64,000 bases of DNA from an uncultured Lachnospiraceae bacterium (GTDB lineage: Bacteria > Bacillota > Clostridia > Lachnospirales > Lachnospiraceae): contig CAMNSD010000017.1 of assembly GCA_946554445.1 (NCBI GenBank), positions 20,615 to 84,614 on the forward strand, in the 5' to 3' direction. Positions 30,660 to 40,298 of this stretch are shown in pieces. The position numbers and the translations under genes were made by a program. Under the pieces are notes generated by a model. It worked only from the letters and a program-made list of their open reading frames with translations, searched no databases and was not told the origin of the DNA. Position 1 is the first letter of the stretch. Each line of letters opens with the position of its first letter.

Positions 30660-31637
30660 ATGGGTAAAACAAAAAAGTCCTTTGGGGAATGGTTTAGAAG
30701 TAGAAAAGTCCAGAAATTTTTAGTCATTTTCACATTTATGTTTGTACCGCTTTTGCTGCTGTTGATGTATACCTATATTCCTTTTGGGAAGATGGTGCAG
30801 TTCAGTTTCTATAATATGAAATACATCGGCAAACGCAACTTTGTGGGACTTAAGAATTATATTGAAGTATTTAAGCGGCCGGAGATTTTCAAGTCGCTGT
30901 TTGTCAGTGTCTACTATATGGGCGGTGCAATCCTGCAGCTGGCGCTGGCGTTGTTTTTTGCGACGTTGATGGTCTTTAAGGTAAAGGGAGAATCGGTCTT
31001 TAAGGCAACGATGTTCTTTCCGTATCTGATTTCCGGTATTGCAATTGGTTTTATCTTTAAGTTTTTCTATGCAAGAGGTTATGTATTGGATTCCATTTTG
31101 ATGCTCTTTGGGGTGGCGCCGGAGAACATTCCCTATTGGCTGCAGGATACCAGCATCAATAATATATCCCTTGCGGCTACATCAGTCTGGAGATATACAG
31201 GACAGAATATGATCCTGTTTCTGGGTGCCATGATGTCTGTGGATGCAGATCTTTACGAGGCGGCGTCTTTGGATGGTGCGAACAAATGGCATCAGTTTAA
31301 ATATATTATCTTACCGAGTATTAAGTCCATTGTGGTCCTGAACCTGATCTTATCCATCAGCGGTTCCTTAAGTGCATTCGAGCCGCCTTACGTTATCACT
31401 AACGGTACCATGGGTACGGGTACATACTTCGTTATCATGAACAGACTGGCCCATGAGAACCAGAAGGTAGGACTTGCCAGTGCCATGGCCATTGTACTGC
31501 TGGCAATCATTATTCTGTGTACTGTAGCGCAGAAACTGTTCTTCGCCTATGTATTTGATGACGGGACGGATGATGAATCCAAAGCAGCGGTAAGGCGCAG
31601 GAAGAAACAGAACAAGATGAATCAGGGATCGAAATAG
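30660..31637 (+). CDS. Carbohydrate ABC transporter permease
   Basis: LYEAASLDGA motif; start reassigned to MGKTKK. Confidence 0.93.
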   Translation: MGKTKKSFGEWFRSRKVQKFLVIFTFMFVPLLLLLMYTYIPFGKMVQFSFYNMKYIGKRNFVGLKNYIEVFKRPEIFKSLFVSVYYMGGAILQLALALFFATLMVFKVKGESVFKATMFFPYLISGIAIGFIFKFFYARGYVLDSILMLFGVAPENIPYWLQDTSINNISLAATSVWRYTGQNMILFLGAMMSVDADLYEAASLDGANKWHQFKYIILPSIKSIVVLNLILSISGSLSAFEPPYVITNGTMGTGTYFVIMNRLAHENQKVGLASAMAIVLLAIIILCTVAQKLFFAYVFDDGTDDESKAAVRRRKKQNKMNQGSK

Positions 31638-31643
31638 GAAGGG

Positions 31644-32495
31644 GTGAAGGATATGAACAAAGCAAAAGTGGAAATGGGAATTTTTACAGTCTTTAAATAT
31701 TTTATGCTGATCATGGCCGCCCTGGTTGCCATTATCCCTGTGGTGGTATGTGTACTTACGGCTTTTAAGACGGAGGAAGAATATCAGAACACCTCGGCAT
31801 TGTCACTTCCAAAGAGTTTCCTGTATTTTGAAAACTTTAAAGTGGCCTTTACCCAGGCGAACATGCTTCGCGGATTCATCAATACGGCGCTTGTACTTGT
31901 GGTGGTACTCACGGCATCCGTGCTTGTCAGTTCCATGATTGCCTATGTGTTAAACCGCTTTAAATTTATCGGCAACGGGCTGATCAGGAATTTGTTCATG
32001 TTTGCGTCCCTGCTTCCGGGAATAGCCATGCAGGTTACCATTTATGAGATTATGAACTCCCTGCACCTGATCAATCACCTCTATGGTTACATGATCTGTC
32101 TGATGGGAACGGATATTATCTCCATCTATATTTTCCTGCAGTTCTTTGAGAATCTGCCCACATCCCTGGACGAATCAGCTATCATTGACGGCTGTACCTA
32201 TTTCGGGGTGTTTTTCAAGATTTTACTGCCGCTCTTAAAGCCGGCAATCATGACGACACTGGTCTTAAAAGGCGTGGGTGTATATAATGAGTATTATGCG
32301 TCCAACCTGTATCTGCAGTCCAAGGAATTAAAGACCATATCCACGGCACTGTACACCTTTACAGGCCCTTATGGAAGCCAGTACAATTATATCTGTGCGG
32401 GCGTGCTGATCACGATCATACCAATTCTGATCATTTTCCTCGTATTCCAGAAACAAGTATACGGCGGACTCGCAGCCGGCGCGGTAAAAGGGTGA
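31644..32495 (+). CDS. Carbohydrate ABC transporter permease
   Basis: LDESAIIDGC motif; ends LAAGAVKG. Confidence 0.95.
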   Translation: MKDMNKAKVEMGIFTVFKYFMLIMAALVAIIPVVVCVLTAFKTEEEYQNTSALSLPKSFLYFENFKVAFTQANMLRGFINTALVLVVVLTASVLVSSMIAYVLNRFKFIGNGLIRNLFMFASLLPGIAMQVTIYEIMNSLHLINHLYGYMICLMGTDIISIYIFLQFFENLPTSLDESAIIDGCTYFGVFFKILLPLLKPAIMTTLVLKGVGVYNEYYASNLYLQSKELKTISTALYTFTGPYGSQYNYICAGVLITIIPILIIFLVFQKQVYGGLAAGAVKG

Positions 32496-32499
32496 TGAT

Positions 32500-32535
32500 A
32501 AAGCCTCGCAGGTATTTGTATCCTGCGAGGCTTTT
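32500..32535. terminator. Bidirectional terminator between convergent ABC operon and asnA
   Basis: 13-bp stem aaagcctcgcagg / cctgcgaggcttt. Confidence 0.8.
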
Positions 32536-32547
32536 GAAATTGTATCC

Positions 32548-33558
32548 CTATAAAAGTTGTATCCCGTTCTTCTTAGCTTCCGCCACAATTTCTGCCGGCC
32601 AAAGGGAACACTGCACTTCACCGATATGGGCTTTGCGCAGGAAGAACATACAGATTCTGGACTGGCCGATACCACCGCCGATGGTGAAGGGAAGCGTCTC
32701 TTCGATGATGGCTTTCTGGAAAGGAAGGTTTGCCCGTTCCGGACAGCCCGCTTTGTCAAGCTGAGTGAGCAGAGCCTCTTTATCCACCCGGATTCCCATG
32801 GAAGATAATTCCAAAGCGATGTCAAGCACCGGATAGTAGACCAGAATATCCGCGTTGAGCGCCCAGTCGTCATAGTCTGGAGCCCTTCCGTCGTGTTTGG
32901 CACCGGAAGCCAGCAGATCGCCGATCTGCATCAGACAGACCGCGCCTTTTTCTTTGGTTATGTAGTATTCCCGTTCCTTCGGTGTTTTGTCAGGATAAAG
33001 GTCTTCCAGTTCCTGAGTGGTGATAAAGTAAATATCATGGGGCAGGATTTCATTGATATAGTCGTACTGGATCGCCATGTATTTTTCAGTTTTCCGAAGA
33101 ACTTTGTAGACACTTTTTACAGTGTCCTGCAGATAATCGAGACAGCGTTCTTCGCGGGAAATAATCTTCTCCCAGTCCCACTGGTCCACATAAATGGAGT
33201 GGATATTGTCCGTGACCTCGTCCCTGCGGACCGCGCTCATATCGGTATAGAGACCTTCCCCGTGGGTAAAGCCATATTCATCTAACGCCATACGTTTCCA
33301 TTTGGCCAGGGAATGTACGATTTCCGCCAAGGCATCATCCTGCTCCTTGATGCCGAAGGAGACCGGACGCTCCACACCGTTTAAGTTGTCGTTTAAGCCC
33401 GATGCTGGATCTACAAACAGCGGCGCCGATACCCTTAAAAGATGTAGCTTTTCCGCCAGCAAGTTCTGGAAGAAGTCCTTTACCGTCTTGATGGCCACCT
33501 GTGTGTCGTAGAGATTCAGGGCGGATTTGTAGTCTTTGGGAATAAGTAAATGTTCCAT
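32548..33558 (-). CDS. asnA: Aspartate-ammonia ligase
   Basis: GLNDNLNG, VHSLAKWKR, YVDQWDWE, HDGRAPDYDDW, TIGGGIGQSR. Confidence 0.97.
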   Translation of the reverse strand: MEHLLIPKDYKSALNLYDTQVAIKTVKDFFQNLLAEKLHLLRVSAPLFVDPASGLNDNLNGVERPVSFGIKEQDDALAEIVHSLAKWKRMALDEYGFTHGEGLYTDMSAVRRDEVTDNIHSIYVDQWDWEKIISREERCLDYLQDTVKSVYKVLRKTEKYMAIQYDYINEILPHDIYFITTQELEDLYPDKTPKEREYYITKEKGAVCLMQIGDLLASGAKHDGRAPDYDDWALNADILVYYPVLDIALELSSMGIRVDKEALLTQLDKAGCPERANLPFQKAIIEETLPFTIGGGIGQSRICMFFLRKAHIGEVQCSLWPAEIVAEAKKNGIQLL

Positions 33559-33656
33559 AGATAACCTCGCTTTGTATGCAGGCTGTGTGCCTGCTTTTTA
33601 AATACTATTTAACCGCTTTTTGGGGAAGAAATCAAGGAAAAATTTTGTAAAAGTCC

Positions 33657-33686
33657 TTGCATATTATCTTATGTTTGTCTTATAAT
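33657..33686 (+). promoter_or_regulatory. Putative promoter for the Rpn leader
   Basis: TTGCAT-18 nt-TATAAT. Confidence 0.45.
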
Positions 33687-33954
33687 AAATAGCACGTTGA
33701 CAGATTTCCGTTCTGTCCAAGGAGAAGTTTATTGAAAACAGCTCCATCTTTAAGATTCTTTCCGATTGTCGGAAATAATCCCGCAACTATTGTTACCTGG
33801 CTGAATCCTGCGTTTCTTTGATGTATTCTGTTGTGTCTATGGTCTTGTTCTTTCGTAATCTGATTCTTTCTGGACGGTTGGCTGGACTTTTACCTGATAC
33901 CTTCAAGATTTCCTTGTATTCAGTCACAAAAAACTGTATAATGGAGGAAAATCT

Positions 33955-34739
33955 ATGACAAAACGAAACTTGAGAAGATGAAGAATGACTTGTCCTTTAT
34001 TATTGGGAGTCAGCTTAATCTCTATGAGCATCAGAGTACCTGGAATCCGAATATGCCCCTGCGGGGCCTGTTGTACTTTGCCCAGCAGTTTGAGGGGCTG
34101 CTTGCTGCCCGCGGAGATAATATTTATGGAAAAGGGCGGATTGCATTGCCGACACCAATATACATTGTATTTTACAATGGAAGCGGTATGAACACGGACA
34201 ATCTGATGCTTTACCTGTCGGATTCCTTTTCGGCGGGGCGCGGGAAAGGATGTCTGGAATGTACCTGTGAAGTGATTAATATTAACCGAGGTTACAATCA
34301 GGCTTTGATGGACAAATGCCACCGGTTGTGGGAGTATTCGGAATTGTCATCGGAGGTTGAGGAGAACATCAGGAAAGGGATGCGCCGGGAGGAAGCGGTA
34401 CATACAGCGATTGACAACTGTATTGAGAGAGGGATTCTCACGGATATCCTGCTGGCGGAGAAAGGAGTGGTACTGCATATGCTCTTAACGGAATATGACG
34501 AGAAGAAACATCTGAGGAATACCTTTCGGGAGGGCCGGGAAGAAGGTCTGGAAGCAGGAGAAAAAATTGGACGGGAGAAAGGCCGGCAGGAGAAGCTGAA
34601 GGAAATGGTGGAAAAGAAGCTGGCCAAAGGGAAAACTGTTTTGGAGATTGCAGAAGAGCTTGAGGAAGAGATACCGATTATTGAAGAGATGGTTTCCGGC
34701 TTGACGGTGGATTACCATACCTGTCATCGTAATCTGTGA
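33955..34739 (+). pseudogene. Rpn/YhgA-like PD-(D/E)XK family gene with apparent 5' internal deletion
   Basis: GGAGG-led ATG at 33955 stops after MTKRNLRR; conserved body MKNDLSFII...LYEHQSTWNPNMPLR resumes in another frame at 33978; EGREEGLE-type C-terminal repeats. Confidence 0.7.
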
Positions 34740-34752
34740 TTAGGTAGTGGGG

Positions 34753-34784
34753 GAGCGTGTAGCAATGGGCTATGCGCTCTTTTT
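34753..34784 (+). terminator. Terminator after Rpn gene
   Basis: gagcgtgtagc / gctatgcgctc stem plus TTTTT. Confidence 0.75.
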
Positions 34785-34830
34785 GGTATAGGAAAGTTCA
34801 CTGTTTATCCGAGTCCGTAAAGCAGAGAAG
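34785..34830 (+). repeat. Dispersed intergenic motif, copy 2
   Basis: ggtataggaaagttcactgtttatccgagtccgtaaagc. Confidence 0.7.
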
Positions 34831-34858
34831 CAAATTTATTTTTTAATTGAGCAAAATC

Positions 34859-34929
34859 AGAACAAATGTTCTAAAATATGTTGCAATCGAGAAAAGAAGA
34901 TGGTATGATAATAAAACAAACATATGTTC
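34859..34929 (+). promoter_or_regulatory. Promoter flanked by two LexA (Cheo-type) boxes
   Basis: GAACAAATGTTC (34860-34871), TTGCAA-17 nt-TATGAT with extended TG (34881-34909), AAACATATGTTC (34918-34929). Confidence 0.8.
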
Positions 34930-35047
34930 TTGCTTACTGGGAAAAGATATAGTAGAGAATGGAAAAGTTAAATGCTTGCAAATATTTATCAGATTCGTCG
35001 TTTTCGGGATTAAAAAATTTACGGATACAGGGGGCACAGACATAGGG

Positions 35048-36361
35048 ATGGAAGTCAGGATTTCACCGCAGATGTCGGTCATGGATAAACTTAAAATATT
35101 GGGTGCGGCGGCGAAGTATGATGTATCCTGCAGTTCCAGCGGTTCTTCCAGGAAGAATGACGGACAGGGAATCGGCAATACGGTGGCGGCAGGGCTGTGC
35201 CATAGTTTTGCGGCGGACGGCAGATGTGTATCTCTCTTAAAGATTCTGTTTACAAATGAGTGTATATACGATTGCCGGTACTGTATCAACCGGTGTTCTA
35301 ATGATGTGCCGCGGGCATCTTTCACGCCGGATGAGGTTTGTGAACTGACGATGGAATTTTATAGGCGCAATTATATAGAAGGTTTGTTTTTGAGTTCTGG
35401 TATCCTTTACAGTCCAAACTATACCATGGAACTGATCTGTGAGACGGTGCATAAACTGAGGACGGTACATCGCTTTCAGGGATATATTCATGTCAAGGCG
35501 ATACCGGGAGCTGATCCGCTCTTGATACAGCGGGCGGGATATATGGTGGATCGCATGAGCGTGAATCTGGAGATGGCCACCGCTGAGGGGCTTAAGGCGA
35601 TGGCGCCGAATAAGCACCGCAGGAATATATTAAAACCCATGCGGCAGATTCAGAATGGGATTGTGGAGAATAAGAATGAACTTACCTTATACAGACATGC
35701 GCCACGCTTCTGTGAGGCAGGCCAATCCACACAGATGGTGATCGGCGCCCTGCCGGAGAGTGATTATCAGATCATGTCGGTGGCAGAGACTCTTTATGAT
35801 AAGTTTTCTTTGAAAAGAGTATATTATTCAGCTTTTGTGAATGTGAATGAGGATAAGGATCTGCCGGCGCCTGTGGGCGGCCCGCCGCTTCTGCGGGAAC
35901 ACAGACTGTATCAGGCGGACTGGCTTCTGCGGTTTTATGATTTTAAGGTAGATGAACTGTTGACGGCGGAGAGACCGAATTTCAACACAGCCATCGATCC
36001 CAAGGCGGATTGGGCGGTACGGCATTTGGAACTGTTTCCGGTGGAGATCAATCGCGCGGATTACAGACTCCTTCTGCGGATTCCGGGCGTGGGAGTCAAG
36101 AGCGCCAAAAGAATTGTGAGCGCCAGAAGATTTGGCAGTCTGACTTTTGAGGATTTGAAGAAAATAGGGGTGGTTTTAAAGCGCGCGTTGTATTTCATTA
36201 CCTGTAATGGCAGGATGATGTATCCAACGAAGATAGAGGAAAATTATATTGTGCGGAACTTAACGTATCAGAACCAGATGGGGCGAGGAGAGAAGCTGCC
36301 GTTTATGACAGATGGTACAATCTATCAGCAGATGTCGCTGTTCCCGCAGATTGTGAGTTGA
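35048..36361 (+). CDS. Putative DNA modification/repair radical SAM protein (TIGR03916-like)
   Basis: AKYDVSCSSSG, GLCHSFAADGRC, CIYDCRYC (CxxxCxxC), RLYQADWLLRFY, HhH LLRIPGVG. Confidence 0.92.
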   Translation: MEVRISPQMSVMDKLKILGAAAKYDVSCSSSGSSRKNDGQGIGNTVAAGLCHSFAADGRCVSLLKILFTNECIYDCRYCINRCSNDVPRASFTPDEVCELTMEFYRRNYIEGLFLSSGILYSPNYTMELICETVHKLRTVHRFQGYIHVKAIPGADPLLIQRAGYMVDRMSVNLEMATAEGLKAMAPNKHRRNILKPMRQIQNGIVENKNELTLYRHAPRFCEAGQSTQMVIGALPESDYQIMSVAETLYDKFSLKRVYYSAFVNVNEDKDLPAPVGGPPLLREHRLYQADWLLRFYDFKVDELLTAERPNFNTAIDPKADWAVRHLELFPVEINRADYRLLLRIPGVGVKSAKRIVSARRFGSLTFEDLKKIGVVLKRALYFITCNGRMMYPTKIEENYIVRNLTYQNQMGRGEKLPFMTDGTIYQQMSLFPQIVS

Positions 36362-36472
36362 TTTTCTGATTACTTGGTTGCAGAGTGTATTGAGAGTGTA
36401 TGCGGGTAGTTTTATGAATGAAAGACAGGGCAAAGCAGCGCAGCACTTTATGGAGAGGATAATATATTATAT

Positions 36473-37246
36473 ATGGAAGAAAAATATTTAGTCTGCGAGG
36501 ATTCTCTGGAAGGAATCTTTACCGGGATATATGAGGCTTATGCCTTAAGGGAGGGGCATGAGCATGTGCATATTCAGATCGGTGAGGAGGACAATTACAG
36601 GTTATTTGCCAGTTACCTGCATATTTTACCGGATTCAGTCAAGACTGGTAAAGTGGCACAGACATTGCTTGGGCGTCTAGGGGAGAGCGTTTATCACGGA
36701 CTCTGCCGGGCGGCTGCTTCTTGTTATCTGGATAAGGGAGAGGCTGTCTATAAGACCGTGGTGGATGCAATCACAGGTGGCAGCGGCAGACGCGTGTTGG
36801 AGAACCTGCGCAATCCTTACGTACAGAGGACTTTTGAATTGGCTCGTTATACGGCGAACGAAGCACATTATGAGACGGAGTTTCTTCGGTTTCAGGAATT
36901 GGAGCAGGGGATTCTTTTTTCACGGATTGGGCCTAACAATAATGTGATTCCTTTTATCATGCCACATTTTGCGGATCGGTTATGTCCGGAAAATTTTATG
37001 ATTTATGATGAGAAACGGGATCTTTTCGGGGTGCATCCGGCGAAGAAGGAGTGGTATCTGGTATCGGCGCAGGGGGATGTTAAGCCGGAGCAGTTTCAGT
37101 GGTCTGACAAGGAGGAAGCATATCAGGAATTGTTTAAGGCGTTTCATGAGACGATAGGGATTAAGGAGCGGGAAAATAAGCGGCTGCAGAGACAAATGTG
37201 CGCTTATCGTTACCAAGATTATATGGTGGAATTCAATAAAAAATGA
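36473..37246 (+). CDS. DUF4130 / TIGR03915-like putative DNA metabolism protein
   Basis: SLEGIFTGIYEAY, EAHYETEFLRFQEL, HFADRL, IYDEKR; usual partner of the preceding gene. Confidence 0.88.
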   Translation: MEEKYLVCEDSLEGIFTGIYEAYALREGHEHVHIQIGEEDNYRLFASYLHILPDSVKTGKVAQTLLGRLGESVYHGLCRAAASCYLDKGEAVYKTVVDAITGGSGRRVLENLRNPYVQRTFELARYTANEAHYETEFLRFQELEQGILFSRIGPNNNVIPFIMPHFADRLCPENFMIYDEKRDLFGVHPAKKEWYLVSAQGDVKPEQFQWSDKEEAYQELFKAFHETIGIKERENKRLQRQMCAYRYQDYMVEFNKK

Positions 37247-37384
37247 ATAAATTGCGCCCTTTCATTTGGGTGGGTAAAGCAATTTATAGGCACATGTCAT
37301 CAAATTTATTTTGGATTTCAAAATATATTGGTGAGATTGCAAAAAAATGCCAGAATTGTATTTTATAGGGTACAAAAATCCTGC

Positions 37385-37444
37385 TTTACAAAAGGAAATA
37401 ATGGTGTATAATTTACTCCAATGAGGAGACTGAAAACGTTTTTT
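37385..37444 (+). promoter_or_regulatory. Promoter and cre-like site upstream of HPr-like gene
   Basis: TTTACA-16 nt-TATAAT with TG; TGAAAACGTTTTTT at 37431. Confidence 0.5.
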
Positions 37445-37490
37445 CTATGTGTGCCTTTTGCATACATAAATGGAAAAGGAAGGTGAAATT

Positions 37491-37715
37491 ATGCAACACA
37501 AGATCAAATTGAGACCAAACGAAGTGAGTAACTTCGTATCTGCAGCCAGCAAATGCGCATTTGATGTGGATATCTCCTACAACCGCTACATCGTGGATGC
37601 CAAGTCCATTATTGGCGTGTTGGGACTGAATTTCAATCAGATTTTAACCGTTGCGTATAACGGCTACGATGCAGACTTTGAGAATTATCTCAAGCAGTTT
37701 GCGGTGGCAGTATAG
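37491..37715 (+). CDS. HPr-family small protein lacking the N-terminal phospho-His
   Basis: FVSAASKC...DVDI...VDAKSIIGVLGL motif; RBS aaggtga. Confidence 0.85.
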   Translation: MQHKIKLRPNEVSNFVSAASKCAFDVDISYNRYIVDAKSIIGVLGLNFNQILTVAYNGYDADFENYLKQFAVAV

Positions 37716-37740
37716 ATTGGTGTAGGAACGTGTCACATTG

Positions 37741-37783
37741 ACTCCCTATGTAAGATAGCGTAATATCTTACGTAGGGAGTTTC
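37741..37783 (+). terminator. Terminator after HPr-like gene
   Basis: 16-bp stem actccctatgtaagat / atcttacgtagggagt. Confidence 0.8.
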
Positions 37784-37821
37784 TGTTTCTGAGACTTCGG
37801 GTAAAAGGGAAGGAAGATTAG

Positions 37822-40221
37822 ATGGAAGTGCGTATCTCTGTGCGGAGTTTGGTGGAATTCATTCTGCGTTCCGGCAATATAGACAATCGTAGAACGGTGT
37901 CTTCCGATAATGCCATGCAGGAAGGCGGACGCATTCATCGTATGATACAGCGGCGTATGGGGCCGGAGTATCAGGCGGAGGTGTCTCTTCGCTATGTGTA
38001 TGATGCGGGGGAGTACGAGATTGTGGTGGAGGGGCGCGCTGATGGAATCATTACGGAGAAATCACAGACGGTCAAGGTCACAATAGATGAGATTAAGGGT
38101 ACTTTTCAAGATTTAAAGAAGATGAAAGGACCGGTACCGGTGCATTTGGCACAGGCCAAATGTTATGCGTATATCCATGCTAGACAGCAGAAGCTTACGA
38201 ATATACGGGTACGCATGACCTATTGCCATATGGAAACGGAGGAAATCAGGTATTTTCATTATGATTATACCTATGACGAACTGGAGGCTTGGTTTCAGGA
38301 CCTTATGAAACAGTATCGCAGGTGGGCGGATTACAGTTTCATGTGGCAGAAGGCCAGGCAGGAATCCATCAGGCAGATGGCTTTTCCCTTTTCTTACAGG
38401 GAGGGCCAGAAGGAATTGGCTACCTATGTCTATCAGACGATTTATCACAAGAGGAAGCTATTCATAGAAGCACCCACGGGCGTGGGCAAGACGATTTCCA
38501 CAGTGTTTCCGGCATTGAAGGCCATGGGGGAAGAACTGTGTGAAAAGATATTTTATCTCACCGCCAAGACCATTACCCGGACGGTGGCGGACGATACGTT
38601 TGCCCTGTTAAGGGAACGGGGACTTAAATTAAAGACTGTGATCCTGACAGCCAGGGATAAGATTTGCTTCATGGAAGAGGCTGAGTGTAATCCGGTGTAT
38701 TGCCCTTTTGCCAAAGGCCATTATGACAGGATCAATGAGGCCATGTTTGACCTATTGACGCATGAGGACAGTTATACCAGGGAAACGATAGAGACGTATG
38801 CCGCAAAGCATCAGGTCTGTCCCTTTGAAATGTGTCTGGATATGAGTCTGTTTTCGGATGCCGTGATCTGCGATTATAACTATGTGTTTGATCCCCATGT
38901 CTATTTGCGGCGGTTCTTTTCCGAAGGAATCCAGGGCGAATATATTTTCCTGATCGATGAGGCCCACAACCTGGTGGAGCGGGGGAGGGATATGTACAGC
39001 GCTGTGCTTCGCAAGGAAGATTTCCTGGAACTGAAAAGGACGGTCAAGGCGTATGATGAGCGGATTGCCAGTAACTTGGATAAATGTAACAGGGAATTGC
39101 TTTCCCTGAAAAGAGAGTGTGATACCTACAGGGTTGAGGAAAATATAGAAGGATTTGTGCGGACACTGATCCGTTTGAGTTCTGCCATCGAAGATTATCT
39201 GGAAGATCATGAAGATAGTCCGGTGCGCAGGGAGATTTTGGCCTTTTATTTTGAGGTGTCCCATTTTTTGGAAATGTATGAACTGTTGGATGAAAGCTAT
39301 GTGATTTATACACAGATGCAGGAGGATGGGAGTTTTGTTGTAAAGCTTTTCTGTGTCAATCCAGCGAAAAATCTTAAGAATTGTATGATGCGGGGGAGGA
39401 GTACGATTCTGTTTTCCGCTACCCTTCTGCCGATTCAATATTATAAGAAATTATTGGGTGCAGAAGAGGGGGATTATGAAGTATATGCCAAATCTGTCTT
39501 CCGGCCGGAAAAATTGGGTTTATATATCGGCAGCGATGTAACCAGCCGTTATACGCGCCGCAGCGATGAGGAATATTACCGGATCGCATCCTATATCCAT
39601 AATGTGATTCAGAAGCGGCACGGTAACTATATGTTGTTCTTTCCCTCTCACGCTTTCCTGCGACAAGTTTATGATATTTTCCAACACTATTTTAATGCGG
39701 AGGAAACAGTGGAATGCATCTTGCAGGAGGATTATATGAACGAGGAGGCCAGGGAGGCTTTCTTAAACCGTTTTACGGGCAATGAGGCGTGTGATTTGTC
39801 GCTGATTCAGATGGAGATTGAGATAGAAGAGGAGAGAAGTCTTCTGGGGTTCTGTGTGATGGGCGGCATTTTTGGCGAGGGGATAGACTTAAAGAACGAC
39901 AGCCTGATTGGCGCCCTCATTGTAGGGACGGGACTTCCACAGGTCTGCGATGAGCGGGAAATCTTAAAGAAATATTTTGAAGGCTGGGGAGAGAACGGCT
40001 TCGACTATGCTTACCGCTATCCGGGAATGAACAAGGTCCTGCAGGCCGCTGGGCGTGTGATCAGGACGGCGGAGGATTTCGGAATTGTGGCGCTGCTTGA
40101 CGAAAGGTTCCTGTCGCCTGCTTATCAGAGATTATTTCCACGGGAATGGCGGGAATATGAGGTTGTTACTGTTGACCAAATAGGTCGTAAAGTGGAAAGG
40201 TTTTGGGATGAGTGGCTGTAG
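37822..40221 (+). CDS. DinG/XPD-family Fe-S helicase with N-terminal PD-(D/E)XK nuclease-like domain
   Basis: EGRADGI...DEIKG...QAKCY; Walker A EAPTGVGKT; Cys cluster; IDEAHN; QAAGRVIR. Confidence 0.9.
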   Translation: MEVRISVRSLVEFILRSGNIDNRRTVSSDNAMQEGGRIHRMIQRRMGPEYQAEVSLRYVYDAGEYEIVVEGRADGIITEKSQTVKVTIDEIKGTFQDLKKMKGPVPVHLAQAKCYAYIHARQQKLTNIRVRMTYCHMETEEIRYFHYDYTYDELEAWFQDLMKQYRRWADYSFMWQKARQESIRQMAFPFSYREGQKELATYVYQTIYHKRKLFIEAPTGVGKTISTVFPALKAMGEELCEKIFYLTAKTITRTVADDTFALLRERGLKLKTVILTARDKICFMEEAECNPVYCPFAKGHYDRINEAMFDLLTHEDSYTRETIETYAAKHQVCPFEMCLDMSLFSDAVICDYNYVFDPHVYLRRFFSEGIQGEYIFLIDEAHNLVERGRDMYSAVLRKEDFLELKRTVKAYDERIASNLDKCNRELLSLKRECDTYRVEENIEGFVRTLIRLSSAIEDYLEDHEDSPVRREILAFYFEVSHFLEMYELLDESYVIYTQMQEDGSFVVKLFCVNPAKNLKNCMMRGRSTILFSATLLPIQYYKKLLGAEEGDYEVYAKSVFRPEKLGLYIGSDVTSRYTRRSDEEYYRIASYIHNVIQKRHGNYMLFFPSHAFLRQVYDIFQHYFNAEETVECILQEDYMNEEAREAFLNRFTGNEACDLSLIQMEIEIEEERSLLGFCVMGGIFGEGIDLKNDSLIGALIVGTGLPQVCDEREILKKYFEGWGENGFDYAYRYPGMNKVLQAAGRVIRTAEDFGIVALLDERFLSPAYQRLFPREWREYEVVTVDQIGRKVERFWDEWL

Positions 40222-40298
40222 ATTGCAGGAATTACGGTATTATCCTAATTAGTCAATCGAGAAAAACCCCGTTTTATTTCTTAAACTGTTAGATTTAC

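Noticed and set aside
33559-33690. T-box leader for asnA
   Set aside because: Region too short; no T-box sequence or specifier stem seen
33721-33945. IS remnant upstream of the Rpn gene
   Set aside because: No convincing terminal inverted repeats or transposase-like translation in any frame I read; better explained as a leader
34847-35047. N-terminal extension of the radical SAM ORF in the track
   Set aside because: Covers the promoter and LexA boxes; real start is probably 35048 or slightly later
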